From the human T2T-CHM13v2.0 reference genome, Homo sapiens, in the NCBI RefSeq assembly GCF_009914755.1, contig NC_060930.1: a stretch of DNA of 64,000 nt; one strand, given 5' to 3'. The position numbers and the translations under genes are program-made. This document shows positions 45,936 to 63,883 of this stretch, in pieces (position 1 is the first letter of the stretch; the number at the start of each line of letters is the position of its first letter). The notes under the pieces are model-generated. The model saw only the letters and a list, made by a program, of their open reading frames with translations, was not told the origin of the DNA and did not search any database.

Positions 45936-47503
45936 ATGCTAGCAAGTACAAAGGAATGCTCCAAGAAATAATAATCACAATGACATACAAACCAGATTAA
46001 AGGGTCTGCTACTGGCCAAGACTAGGAAAATGTGGGCATTGAAATACTAGAAAATATTAAAATGATTAGAAACTTTAGTAACTTGTGTACCATTGGAAGA
46101 ATACAAATCCATTCACACTGATGACAAGTAACATAAATAAATTAGAGAGAAGAGAGGACTCTTGCTTATAGTAGAATGCCGAAGACCAGTGGTAAATGGG
46201 GAAGGAATCCTGGAGTTTGAGATAGCCACTTTGCAACTGTCATAGTAAAGATAGGGTCAGGCACAAATCATTAATGGGGTATAAATCTAGAGGGAGACTT
46301 GGACAAAGACTAGGATGTTTGCATGATTTTCTCCAGATTGCTTATTAGTTGGAAGAACAAAAATGATAATTTTATAGTGGAGAAATCAGATAACACCTTG
46401 GCTGGGTGATCAACATTAACATTATCAGTGAGGGGCATATGGACATTGAGTTTCTCTATATACAGTACCCTTAGGAGGACACATCACTAAGGTACTAGTC
46501 TGGCTGGGATCCATTACCTGAACCTAATCACAAAGGAACCATTGGACAAAACCAAAATGAGTAATGTTTTATTTGAGACATAACAACAAAATGAAGTATC
46601 TGATTACTAGATGAGATTCTGAGTAGAGGGGAAAATGGACAGTTTTAGGCCAATTGATTAAATTGGATCACAGGTGGGAGATTAGATAAAAGTACTGTAT
46701 TAATGTTAATTTGACTCAAGTTGATTATTATCAGGTGGTTATGTAAGACACATTCCTATTGTTAGAAAATACACATTGATGTGTTTAGGGGCAAAGGGCC
46801 AGGATGCATGCAACTCACTCTGAAATGGTTAAAAAATGCATCTACATACACCCAGACACATGTAAAGAGAAAACAAATGATAAAGCAAATGGGTTAAATG
46901 TTAACACTAGACAAATCTGGATAAAGAGAATGCAGATCTTTGTGGTGTTATTCTTTCAAATATGAAATTTCTTCCCCAAAAGAAGATTAAGAAGGTAATC
47001 TTAAAGTTCCTGTTTACTCTCATTTCTACTGTTTCTTTGACTTTATATCTGACTGGTTCAGCTTTTCCATCTCCCTGGGACCTGGAATGCATACATCTTC
47101 GTCTAGACTTAGAGTCTTTACATATGTTTTTCCCTCTACCTGGAACGTTCTCCCTTGGGTAGTTGCAGGAGTAGTGCCTTCTCATTGCTGAGATTCAAGT
47201 CTCCATCCACATGCCATCTCCTTAGAGAGAGGGGCTTTCTTCTTTGAACTTATCACTAACTGAAATTGTTCACTTTTTTTACTGTGTGTTTCTTCAAGTG
47301 AATGCACATTCCATGAGACCAGCAATTTTGTCTTTACTGCTGGATCTTTGTGTATCTAAAACAGAACCTTTATTGAGTAACCACCCAACAAATATTTGTT
47401 GAATGAATAAACAAATGACTCTTTAATGTCCTTTATGACCTTCATTTTATCATTCATGATTCTATAACTCACTTATGACCCCTCTGGGACCTAGCCCTGG
47501 GTC

Positions 47504-48473
47504 TGTTACAGTGGGTAGCATTAGGTTTGAGTAGGGCAGGAGAGGGCTCCCTCTCCAACCCCCCAGCGCAGACACTAGGAGTGTCGGGTGACCATCAGGT
47601 GATGGTCAGGTAGTTGTTAACTGTTTCTCTAAAGTAATAATTGGTCACAGCTGGTGCCAGGGAATGGAGGGCCCCCCCCAACAGAAAACACCTGAAACCA
47701 GGCCAGGCACAGCAGCTCATGCCTGTAATCCCAGCAGTTTTGGAGGCAAAGGCAGGTGGATCACTTGAGACCAGGAGTTTGAGACAAGCCTGGCCAACAC
47801 GGTGAAATCCCCATCTCTATTAAAAATACTAAAAATGGCCAGGGGTGGTAGCACACACCTGTAATCCCAGCTATAGCGGGGAATGTGGGTGGTGGGGGGT
47901 GGCAGTGGCTGAGGCACGAGAATCGCTAGAACCTGGGGGGTGGAGGTTGCAGTGAGCTGAGATCACTCCACTGCATGCCAGCCTGGGCAACAGAGTGAGA
48001 CTCTGTCTCCAAAGGAAAAAAAAAAAAAAAAAAAAGGAAAAGAAAACATCTGAAATTGATCAGCAGCTTCCCAATAAGATTGCAAGATAAAAAAAAAGAA
48101 AGAGAAAACACCTGAAATTGATCAGCAGCTTCCCAATAAGATCTCAGAGTGGGGAGAAGTAACTCAAGATCCCAGAAGTATGTCAACATATAAAATCCAG
48201 AGTCAAGAGGTCAAGCTGAGCACTTGGTTTCTCAAGTAGCCTGCTTGGCCCTCTTCCAAGTTGTACTTTCCTTCTTTTATTTCCTTTCCTTACTGTTCTA
48301 AAGCCTTTTTTTTTTTTTTAAATAAACTCCCACTCCTGCTCGAAAACTCACTTACAGCTCCTTTGCCTTATGGCCCTCAGTCGAATTCCTTCTTCTGAGG
48401 AGACAAGAATTGACATCGCTGCAGACCTGTATGGATAGGCCACCGGTAACTCAGATACCTTCCACAGGTAACG
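47504..48473 (+). mobile_element. ERV1 solo LTR (LTR26/MER50-like) carrying an Alu
   Basis: TGTTAC…GTAACG inverted ends, 4-bp TSD GGTC, TATA-like CATATAAAA ~48187, AATAAA ~48321. Confidence 0.75.
47701..48041 (+). mobile_element. AluS with G-rich insert in right arm
   Basis: Dimeric Alu; TSD-like GAAAACA(C/T)CTGAAA. Confidence 0.92.
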
Positions 48474-49342
48474 GGTCCTCCTTAGCTTGGTAGTGACATT
48501 GAAGAGTTTATGCCCTGAAATCACATGTCCCAGGTTCTAGCTCTAGCTCTGTCATTCACCTGTCCTTGCCTCTGGTCATGGGAGTGACCCCAAAGGCTTT
48601 TTTGGTGAAAATTTAATGAGATAATGAATATAAAATGTTTACAGCAGTGCCTGGCACATAGGAATCAGTTAGTAAGTACTTGATATTTTAATCATTGATA
48701 TATCTGCCTGGCACAAAGCCTGGCCTGGTTTCAGGTGTTTTCTGTTAGGTATTTAATAAATATTGAATTGCCAAATAGTAGGAATTCCATTTTCATTTCA
48801 TTCGTTTTGGAAAATATCTCTTTTGGGAGTGGCATCTCTTTGCTGTATTTTGTTAGCAAAGAACCAAAAAAAAAAAATCAAACTTAAAACATTTTTCATA
48901 CCTATGAGTTAAATTTAAAAAATTTGGGGGAGAAATTTATATTTTTTGAAAGATTCTAAATCTTAGATTTTTGTATATGTATTATTCTGATTACCATAGA
49001 TTTTTCCACAGTAGTTTAAAAGCACAGTTTAAACTAGGCATTCAATGGTGGCATCATCCTTTATTTTGCAGAGAATTGCAACAAAATACGTGGCTCAGTT
49101 GACACTAATTCTAATGTCATTGTTTCCTTGGCTTGTTTTGTTCTAATTTTTATTGAAATCCCCATAATAACTCCTTTTAAAGAGAAATCTATTTTATTTA
49201 CTTCTATAATTCAGGTTCATATTTTTAGTTTATTTCTACTTCCTTACATGTCCATCAGTTGTGATTTAAAATTCCTTTTGGCATGTCATTTCAATCTTTT
49301 AAAGTGATTTTTATTTTTTGTCCCAGAATACAAATGATTTCC

Positions 49343-50284
49343 TTTTTAATTTTAAGTTCAGGGGTACATGTACAGGTTTGTCATAGGTAAACTGTGTCAT
49401 GGGGGTTTGGTTTACAGATTATTTTGTCATCCAGGTAATAAGCACAGTACCTGATAGGTAGTTTTTCAGTCATCACCCTCCTCCTACCCTCCACCCTCAA
49501 GTAGGCCTGGTATCTATTGTTCCCTTCATTGTGTCCATATGTACTCAATGTTTAGCTCCCACTTACAAGTGAGAATATGCAGTATTTGGTTTTCTGTTCC
49601 TGTGTTAGTTCACTTAGGATAATGGCCTCCAGTTCCATCCATGTTGCTGCAAAGAACATGATGTCATTCTTTTTTATGGCTGTGCAGTATTCCATGGTGC
49701 AAATGTAACACATTTTTTAAAAATCCAGGCTTTCACTGATAGGCATTTAGGTTGATTTCATATCTTTGCTATTGTGAATAGTGCTGCAATGAACATACAT
49801 GTGCATGTGTTTTGATGACAGAATGATTTATTTTCCTTTGGGTATATACCCAATAATGGGATAGCAAAGTTGAATGGTAGTTCTACCTTTAGCTTTTTGA
49901 GGAATTGCCATACTGCTTTCCACAATGGTTGAACTAATTTACAATCCCACCAACGGTGTATAAGGGTTCCCTTTCTACCAGAACCTCACCAGCATCTGTT
50001 ATTTATTGACTTTTTAATAATAGCTGTTTACTGGTGTGAGATGGTATCTCACTGTGGTTTTTTTGATTTGCATTTCTCTAATGATTAGTGATGTTGAGCA
50101 TTTTTTCATATGCTTGTTGGCCACATGTATGTCTTCTTTTGAAAAATGTTCATGTCCTTTGCCACTTTTTAAGGGGTTGTTTTTTGCTTGTAAATTTAAT
50201 TTTCTTATACAATCTGGATGTTAGACATTTGTCGGATGCATAGTTTGCAAATATTTTCTCCCATTTTGTAGGTTATCTGTCTGC
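49343..50284 (-). mobile_element. older L1 (late L1PA/L1PB-like) 3' end
   Basis: 3'UTR and ORF2 C-terminus; degenerate TSD AGAATACAAATGATTTC / AGAGTGCAAATAATTTC. Confidence 0.88.
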
Positions 50285-51029
50285 AGAGTGCAAATAATTT
50301 CTAATTGATTTACTGGTGAAACACTATACAACTAGAAACTTTATTTTGCTATTTCTATTTCATATATTGCCTTAATTCTTGTTCATAAATGTATTCTTTC
50401 CTTCTGTATGAAGCATTAGTACTTTGATTTTTAAGAAATTGACATGCTTTTGTTACTTTTTGTCTGCGTTACCAATAATTTGTTTTATTTGTTCCTTTTA
50501 ATTAATGCTATAGCAAATTAAAGCTATAAAGCCCTTTTTAATGGTTCATTTTTGTTGAATAATGTAAGAAGTTTTAATACCACGTTTCATTTATTTTGAT
50601 TATGTTATATACACTTATAATCTGTAAATAACTGCTTTAAAGTTGTTTAAAAAGAATCTCTGAAAATCCATATCTATGAGAATATTATAATATTCAAGAC
50701 TCAAAATCAGAATATGTGGCAAAAAATTTTACCCCACTGTCCTTTTGGAAGGCATACAACTAGATTTTTAAGAGTTTAACAATCAAATCACAGTTTTAGT
50801 AAATGTAGGAGCTCTCTATGGCATTGTAAATTAGGGCATCCTGTGACAGTTGTACTATCATAATCAACAAGTACATTGCTTTGTGGCCTTGGTGGATATA
50901 ACACAGTCCTCCTTTGTTTTGTGAATTCAGCAGGGTAATGCTATGGAAGCTGTGAGTAGACTGTCTCCTCTATTTAAGAATCTCAGTTTGATTAATAATT
51001 ATTCTAAATTTTATGAACATCTCTTGGCA

Positions 51030-51433
51030 AGTTTAATGGGCTGAAATGTGTCCCTCCAAAATTCTTATGTTGAAGCTCTAATCCCCAGTACCTCAGAATA
51101 TGACTGTATTTGGAGACAGGACTTTTAAAGAGGTGAAAAGTTAAAATGAGGTTGTTCAGGTGGGCCCTAATCCAATATGACTTGTGTCCTAATAAAGACA
51201 GGAAATTTGGACACACAGACACCAGCGATGGGGACACCCAGAGAAAAGGCCATATGAGGGTTCAGAGAGAAGGTTGCTGTTTGCCATCCAAGACAAGAGG
51301 CCTCAGGAGAAACAAAACCTGCTGGCACCTTGATCTTGGACTTTCACCCTCCAAAACTGTGGAAGATAAATTTCTGTTTTTTAGGCCACCCAGTCTGTGT
51401 ACCTTGTTATCGTAGCCCTAGAAGACTAATACA
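51030..51433. mobile_element. MLT1A/B-like MaLR LTR
   Basis: GGGCTGAAATGTGTCCCTCCAAAATTC…CCCAGTACCTCAGAATATGAC…GCCCTAGAAGACTAATACA. Confidence 0.8.
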
Positions 51434-51505
51434 GCAAGTCTCCCAATAATTCTCTTGGCTTGACAAAAATTTTTCAGTTTCAGTAGTTGTTGAAAATTTT
51501 TCTCA

Positions 51506-51809
<304 letters not shown>

Positions 51810-51912
51810 CTATCTTAGCCTATACTTCATTACACTTTTGTCCGATACTATTAACTAATTCTCATTTAAGTAAGACTTAAGGCTATAGAAAGTACATTAA
51901 AAAGTTCATTAT

Positions 51913-52261
<349 letters not shown>

Positions 52262-52635
52262 TCACCCCATTGAGGGCTTTATAAAATGGAATACAGTTTA
52301 ATGGGATAGACCCTATTAAGACAGTATTTCCAAGTTTTACCTGTTTTAGGAAATTAACATAGAAGATTGTTACCAAGTCCAAGATTCAAGCCACACTTCA
52401 AAATAATTTTTTTCTACTCTATGATGTGAGTGCAATTATTTTTCAAAGTACATACACAGTTTTACCAAGCAAGTTTACTTGATGGACTAAATTTCAAATA
52501 TATAATTTAACTGATATTTTACTAGGTTTAATTCTTAAATATGATTTTTATAATGCAATTTAAGATCTGAATCTGAAAGAGCAGGTCATCCTTTAACTCT
52601 GTTAGTCTTCTGGTCTTTTTCTTTGGTTAAATATG

Positions 52636-52641
52636 TTTTTC

Positions 52642-52676
<35 letters not shown>

Positions 52677-52960
52677 GAGATGAAGTCTCGCTCTGTCGCC
52701 CAGGTTGGAGTGCAGTGGCGCGACCTCGGCTCACTGCAGCCTCCATCTCTTGACAGTCCAGGGGTTCAAGTGATTCTCCTGCCTCAGCCTCCCGAGTAGC
52801 TGGGATTACAGGCGCCCACCACCACACCTGGCTAATTTTTGTATTTTTAATAGAGACATCATGTTGGCCAGGCTGGTCTTGAACTCCTAACCTCAGGTGC
52901 TCCACTCGTCTCGGCCTCCCAAAGGGCGGGGATTATAGGCTTGAGCTACTGTGCCTGGCC
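52636..52960 (-). mobile_element. AluS
   Basis: Dimeric Alu with (TTTTC)n/poly(T) tail and small indels. Confidence 0.92.
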
Positions 52961-53776
52961 AACTATGTTTTTATTTCTATTCACAGCCTTGTGGAATTTG
53001 TATAGGAAACATCAACCATGTTGGCATTTCCAAGCAGACTGAAATGTTTGACAACTTTCACCTCAGAGGTCAGTTTTCCTTGTTCATGTTTGGATGCTTT
53101 GACAAGTCTGGTGAATGTTCTGAGTCATATGCAGTACTTTCGAGTTTCTTTAGTTCTTATCTCAGAGGCAAATGAACTAATTTCTCTGAGACATTAACTT
53201 GAATAACAGCACTTAATCTGGTAAATGAACAGCAGAGAATTAAGTGTGGAGGCAGGCTGGTGCAGGATGTGGAAGGTCTGGTCAGCCCAAGGGATCAGAG
53301 CAGTTGGACAGGGAGCAGGTAGAAAAACACCACAGATATGGGCAGGAAAACGAAATCTGGAGTTGTTAGAATCAGTTTACAAGTGTGAGGCATGACACAG
53401 GAAAAAAGGTGTGAGAAGTGAGAAAGAGGGGTGTGTGGTAGAGACAGGATTTTGAGCTCCTGGTGGGTCAGCTAGGTCAGAATCCCAGAGATGAGGAAGG
53501 CAGTCAAAGAGACTCTGACAAACAAGCAGTGGGATGCAGGTGAGGCCGCTGTAGCAAAAGGTTTGGAGCCTGTTGCTGAGGTTTAGTCAGAAAGACCTGG
53601 GAGCTCTGCACAGACCAGGGAGGAAGGGGGGCGGTGGGGCTGGGAGGGCTGCGAATGTCCCAGGATCCCAGCTCTGTTAAGGTTTCATGCTCATTTCAGG
53701 CTAATAAATCTGGCAGGTGTATGTGAATAGCTAGGGAGAGGCCAGCTGTGCTTGTAGCAGAAGCAAATGCCTGTAC

Positions 53777-54945
53777 CTTTGGTGAGTTTTAATGTATTAC
53801 AGAATTTCATTAATTTTAATTAACTTACAAGTTTAAGTAGCTCAGATAATTGTTTTCTAACCCCTAAAGGAGTACTTTTTTTTTTTTTTTTTGAGAGAAA
53901 AATGTCAAGTGACATCAATACTTTAGTAATATTTCTAAAAACTGTTTTGCTTTTCAGGAGAAATTTCATTTAAACCCAATGTCATATTAAGGGTAAGGGT
54001 GGGACACTTTGTAACTAAAAGTATTGCCTAACTCAGGGGGCTTTTATTTGTCCTTTGAGGCAGAGTGTGTCAGGAGTGGAAAAGCTGAGTTCAGCATGCC
54101 AAGTGCTACCAAGATTCTCAGTTTTATTCAGCTCCAGTCATTTTGGGGGTGTAGCTGAGGAATTATGCAAATCATCAGTTTCCTGAGGGAACCTAATGAT
54201 ACCTCAGAAGCAACACTAGAGGCTGCCCAGCTTCACCACTTTCTCTGGGGGCTGCACCCTACATAGGCTGTGCTATGATGTGCCTAAGTGTCCATGTGAC
54301 CTTGTTATCTGGCCAAGCAGTTTGGACCACAGTGGTTATCTGGACAGCAGGCTGACTCTATTGTCTGGCATGTGCCCCCAAAATTCTTCCTCTCAAGAAC
54401 TTGAGTCAAAAGACTCAGTTTGTGATGGGTGCTGGATCTTGAGTTTATGTAACGTTGGGGTCAGGGTCTGTGTTTTTAGAGCCAAAACCAACTAGAAGCT
54501 AAAGTTGTGGGCAAAGAAATTATGGATAAGAGTAGAAATGCAGTGAGAGAATATAGCAAAGAGAAACAGAGTTGGAAGCCAATGCTGGGTTGCAGGAGAG
54601 GTGAGGTGGGAGTGGTGGGGAGAGAGATTAAGAAACAGACCAAGTGGCCAAGGGAATATTTTCTTGGATTCTTGATGGCTTCCTTATCCCTAGCTCCCTG
54701 TCCTGTGAGCCTGTGAGTTCCTTTTTATTTGGATTAGTTGAAATGATGTTAATTCCTTGCCCCTAAACTAGCTTCCATTAAAACAAACGCAGAATTTTAG
54801 GCCATAAAACTGCTTTTGGGAGTTCTAACATACAGAATTTTATTAATTTTAATTAACTTACAAGTTTAAGTAGATTAGATAATTGTTTTCCTAACCCCTA
54901 GTGGAGTACTTTTTTTTTTTTTTTTTTGAGAAAAAAAATCAAGTA
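53777..54945. repeat. dispersed direct repeat pair (~130 bp; 53777-53910 and 54813-54945)
   Basis: Shared TACAGAATTT.ATTAATTTTAATTAACTTACAAGTTTAAGTAG…GGAGTAC(T)nGAGA…TCAAGT. Confidence 0.9.
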
Positions 54946-55035
54946 TAAATAAATGTTCCAGAGGAGGCAGCTCTGAAAGTAATCAAAATTTCATGAAAAG
55001 AATTTGACATGAATGGCAAACTTTAGACATATCAA

Positions 55036-56063
55036 TGTTGCAGGAAGTCAGGGACCCTGAACGGAGGGACCAGCTGGAGCTGCAGCAGAGGAACATAAAT
55101 TGTGAAGATTTCATGGACATTTATCAGTTCCCAAATAATACTTTTATAATTTCTTATGCCTGTCTTTACTTTAATCTCTTAATCCTGTTATCTTTATAAG
55201 CTGAGGATATCTCAGGACCACTGTGATAATTGTGTTAACTACAAATTGATTGTAAAACGTGTGTGTTTGAACAATATGAAATCAGTTCACCTTGAAAAAG
55301 AACAGAATAATAGCAATTTTTAGGGAACAAGGGAAGACAACCATAAGGTCTGACTGCCTGCGGGGTTGGGCAAAAAGAGCCATATTTTTCTTCTTGCAGA
55401 GAGCCTATAAACAGATGTGCAAGTAGGAGAGATGTCACTAAATTCTTTTCCTAGCAAGGAATATTAATATTAAGACCCTGGGAAAGGAATGCATTCCTGG
55501 GGTGAGGTCTATAAATGGCGGCTCCGGGAATGTCTGTCTTATGCGGTTGAGATAAGAACTGAGATATGCTCTGGTCTCCTGCAGTACCCTCAGGCTTACT
55601 AGGGTGGGGAAAAACTCCACCCTGGTAAATTTGTGGTCAGATCGGTTCTCTGCTCTCAAACCCTGTTTTCTGTTTTTTAAGATGTTTATCAAGACAATAC
55701 GTGCACTGCTGAACATAGACCCTTATCAGTGGTTCTGCTTTTTCCTTTTGTCCTATTCCCTCAGCAGCATGTGATCTTTGTTAGACCCTTATTAGTAGTT
55801 CTGCATTTTGCCATTTGAAGCATGTGATCTTTGTACCTACTCCCTGTTCTTACACCCCCTCCCCTTTTGAAACCCTTAATAAAAACTTGCTGGTCTGAGA
55901 CTCAGGTGGACATCACGGTCCTACCCATATGTGATGTCAGCCCCAGTGGCCCAGCTGTAAAATTCCTCTCTTTGTACTCTTTCTCTTTATTTTTCAGCTG
56001 GCCAACACTTATGGAAAATAGAAAGAACCTATGTTAAAATATTGGGGGCAGGTTCCCCCAATA
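55036..56063 (+). mobile_element. MER11 (HML-8) solo LTR
   Basis: TGTTGCAGGAAGTCAGGGACCC… start, ~1.03 kb, AATAAA ~55878, 6-bp TSD TATCAA. Confidence 0.9.
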
Positions 56064-58522
56064 TATCAAGCTATGAAGGGTCAATAGGTGTGAAACTATA
56101 AACAATACTGTCCATAGAAGTAACTTTTATTGAAATATTTTTAAGGGCAGCAGTCAATAATTTTGGAAACTTCTTGCAACATATTCATAATTCTAGCTGA
56201 CTACTGAAAACTTGGCTAATAATTTTAATATCACCTTTTATTTGGTATTCTATACCTCCCTAACTGGAGATGTCTGAGGAAGGGAAAATGTACTCAAAAT
56301 ATAATGGGAGAGACAGCTTTTAAATCTATATCTTTTCAAAGAGGATCTTGTCATTACCGAGTTGGTGACATGAGAAAGTAAAAGGAAAGTTATTTATTCC
56401 TTTCAGCTTTCACCCAAGATTTATGATCATGGTTGATTCATCCATCAGTCCTGATCTGTTTCAGTGATATTTGCAGATTATTTATTTCTGGGGACATTTT
56501 TTGGCACCAGAATTTTGTGAAAAGAAGTGTAACTTAGAATTCTATGTGAGGATGTGTTTTGCTATTGGCTACTCATTCTATTCACAAAAAAGAGAGACAT
56601 CTTAAAATGTTGGATGGATTGACTATCCATTTCTATTGCAATTTAATAAAAAGGAGAGAAAATAGCAGTAACATGGATGAGGATTTAATAACTATTTCAA
56701 AACAGGTGTTCAAAGATTAGGAGTAATGGTAGATAATGCCAAAGCTACTGACAGATGACTCTCCATAAACTAGTTATTCTTATGGTATCAGGGAGGACCC
56801 TCTAGAGCTATGCTAATGATCTCAAAGGATATTATGAAGTTCTCAGAATATAATTAATTTTTGATACTAAATTTAAAGGAAAAAAAACATGTTTTTAGGA
56901 GAATTAAAAGGGACATTATATGTGAAAGTACCTACTTCAGTGTATGCTATGTGGAAGGTGTTCCACAAAAGCATTTTTAATTTAGGAGGAAGTGCCACTC
57001 ATTCAAAAGCCTAAGGCATCACGATTCTGTAATTTTAGAGGAAGATCCTTCAATCTGAATATTGAATTCACAGGGCCTTGGAAAAGAGAACTCAAGCTTT
57101 ATCTCAGGTCCCTGACCACCCATCCTTGCTGGAATCAGGATTACCAGATCATCTAAGTTATAGTTTTTATATAATCAAACTATTTCCATGGCTTCATGGA
57201 AGTTTGTTATCAGCAGAATATTGTTGATTTGGTAGCCTAAATGCTCTGAAAAAGGCAGCACACTGCTGATCTTTCTCCAACCTTTGTCTATGTTAAACAT
57301 ACTTTAATGAAAATATATGTGACCACATTCTGTTAGGAGGCTTCTGCACTTGCTGATTCTTTGAGAGACGAAAACTGCAAGAGGTCAAACTTGAGCACAA
57401 CTTTCTCCACAAGGATAAAATGTGAGCTAATTAGCCTGGCACACAGTCTCTCTTAATTGAGTCCTTCTGCAGCTCAGTCTTCTGACATACATAAGTCATC
57501 ACTTATGGTTCTCTGGAAACCTCATTATTTCTGTTGCATCTATGTTCCCTCTTCCTTAAATGACCCCTTGCCACATGCCTACTGTCTGTTCTTTCAGTCA
57601 GCTTAGGCATCCCTGGGCAGCCCTCCTCCATGCTTCAACCCCTTTTACAACCATCATCTCATTTTATACTCATAGCACTAAAGATTTAAGAAAGGCAGCT
57701 ATTAATTAAGAGCATTCTCAGTTAATGAATGAGAAGGGGATCAGGAGAAGTGACTTGTTCAGGGCCAAAAAGCTTATTAATGATGGGGTCAGGACTAGTA
57801 TCTGTCCTTATACTAAGTCTAGCGTTCTAGTCCCATACCCTACACTGATTTTGGAAGAGCAAGGCCAGAATGGAATTTAACTTCAAGTTTTAGCTTCCAG
57901 AGTTGCAAGGCTAATAAGGCAAAGCAATTTTTGGATGAGATGAGGGACAATTTCTGGGGGAAAATTGTGCTTTACTTTATGAAAAAAAATTGGCATTCAA
58001 TAGTGTGCTAGTATAACTGGGGTTTTAGACTGAGTATCTATTAACAGCCTCATTTAGTAGTTTGTGGCTTAGGGTGTTGCCTATATTAAAATCTAATCAC
58101 ACACACTTAGATCAGAGGTATGCAGAGCTCAATTCCTAGAGGAACAGGTTATAATGCTGCCCTTTCACTCCTATCTTATTCAAGTGCTCTGGCTACGTAG
58201 TGATTGCTTTATTGCTATTGGGCAAAGCTTTCTTATGATATAGTCAATTTGCTCTATGTGGGCAATGGACATGACAGCAATTAACTTTCCTTTGTTTTTT
58301 TCTTAATTTTTTTTTTTATTATACTTCAAGTTTTAGGGTACATGTGCACATTCTGCAGGTTAGTTACATATGTATACATGTGCCATGCTGGTGCGCTGCA
58401 CCCACTAACTCGTCATCTAGCATTAGGTAGATCTCCCGATGCTATCCCTCCCCCCTCCCACCACCCCACAACAGTCCCCAGAGTGTGATATTCCCCTTCC
58501 TGTGTCCATGTGATCTCATTGT

Positions 58523-62348
<3,826 letters not shown>

Positions 62349-62411
62349 CATGATGTTAGCTGGTTATTTTGCTTGTTAGTTGATGCAGTTTCTTCCTAGT
62401 CTCGATGGTCT

Positions 62412-63428
62412 TTACATTTTGGCATGATTTTGCAGCGGCTGGTGCTGGTTGTTCCTTTCCATGTTTAGTGCTTCCTTCAGGAGCTCTTGTAAGGCAGGCC
62501 TGGTGGTGACAAAATCTCTCAGCATTTGCTTGTCTGTAAAGTATTTTATTTCTCCTTCACTTATGAAGCTTAGTTTGGCTGGATATGAAATTCTGGGTTG
62601 AAAATTCTTTTCTTTAAGAATGTTGAATATTGGCCCCCACTCTCTTCTGGCTTGTAGAGTTTCTGCCGAGAGATCCGCTGTTAGTCTGATGGGCTTCCCT
62701 TTGAGGGTAACCCGACCTTTCTCTCTGGCTGCCCTTAACATTTTTTCCTTCATTTCAACTTTGGTGAATGTGACAATTATGTGTCTTGGAGTTGCTCTTC
62801 TCGAGGAGTATCTTTGTGGCGTTCTCTGTATTTCCTGAATCTGAACGTTGGCCTGCCTTGCTAGATTGGGGAAGTTCTCCTGGATAATATCCTGCAGAGT
62901 GTTTTTCAACTTGGTTCCATTCTCCCCATCACTTTCAGGTACACCAATCAGATGTAGATTTGGTCTTTTCACGTAGTCCCATATTTCTTGGAGGCTTTGC
63001 TCATTTCTTTTTATTATTTTTTCTCTAAAATTCCCTTCTTGCTTCATTTCATTCATTTCATCTTCCATCACTGATACCCTTTCTTCCAGTTGATCACATT
63101 GGCTCCTGAGGCTTCTGCATTCTTCACGTAGTTCTCGAGCCTTGGTTTTCAGCTCCATCAGCTCCTTTAAGCACTTCTCTGTATTGGTTATTCTAGTCAT
63201 ACATTCTTTTAAATTTTTTTCAAAGTTTTCAACTTCTTTGCTTTTGGTTTGAATGTTCTCCCGTAGCTCAGAGTAATTTGATCGTCTGAAGCCTTCTTCT
63301 CTCAGCTCCTCAAAGTCATTCTCCATCCAGCTTTGTTCCGTTGCTGGTGAGGAACTGCGTTCCTTTGGAGGAGGAGAGGCGCTCTGCTTTTTAGGGTTTC
63401 CAGTTTTTCTGCTCTGTTTTTTCCCCAT
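62412..63428 (-). CDS. L1 ORF1p, intact 338 aa
   Basis: Full-length ORF with REKG, ARR and YPAKLS motifs. Confidence 0.93.
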   Translation of the reverse strand: MGKKQSRKTGNPKKQSASPPPKERSSSPATEQSWMENDFEELREEGFRRSNYSELRENIQTKSKEVENFEKNLKECMTRITNTEKCLKELMELKTKARELREECRSLRSQCDQLEERVSVMEDEMNEMKQEGNFREKIIKRNEQSLQEIWDYVKRPNLHLIGVPESDGENGTKLKNTLQDIIQENFPNLARQANVQIQEIQRTPQRYSSRRATPRHIIVTFTKVEMKEKMLRAAREKGRVTLKGKPIRLTADLSAETLQARREWGPIFNILKEKNFQPRISYPAKLSFISEGEIKYFTDKQMLRDFVTTRPALQELLKEALNMERNNQHQPLQNHAKM

Positions 63429-63883
63429 CTTTGTGGTTTTATCTACTTTTGGTCTTTGATGATGGTGATGTACAGATGGGTTTTTGGTGTGGATGTCCTT
63501 TCTGTTTGTTAGTTTTCCTTCTAACAGAGAGGACCCTCAGCTGCAGGTCTGTTGGAGTACTCTGCCGTGTGAGGTGTCAGTGTGCCCCTGCTGGGGGGTG
63601 CCTCCCAGTTAGGCTGCTCGGGGGTCATGGGTCAGGGACCCACTTGAGGAGGCAGTCTGCCCGTTCTCATATCTCCAGCTGCGTGCTGGGAGAACCACTG
63701 CTCTCTTCAAAGCTGTCAGACAGGGACATTTATGTCTGCAGAGGTTACTGCTGTCTTTTTGTTTGTCTGTGCCCTTCCCCCAGAGGTGGAGTCTACAGAG
63801 GCAGGCAGGCCTCCTGGAGCTGTGGTGGGCTCCACCCAGTTCGAGCTTCCCAGCTGCTTTGTTTACCTAATCAAGCCTGGGCA

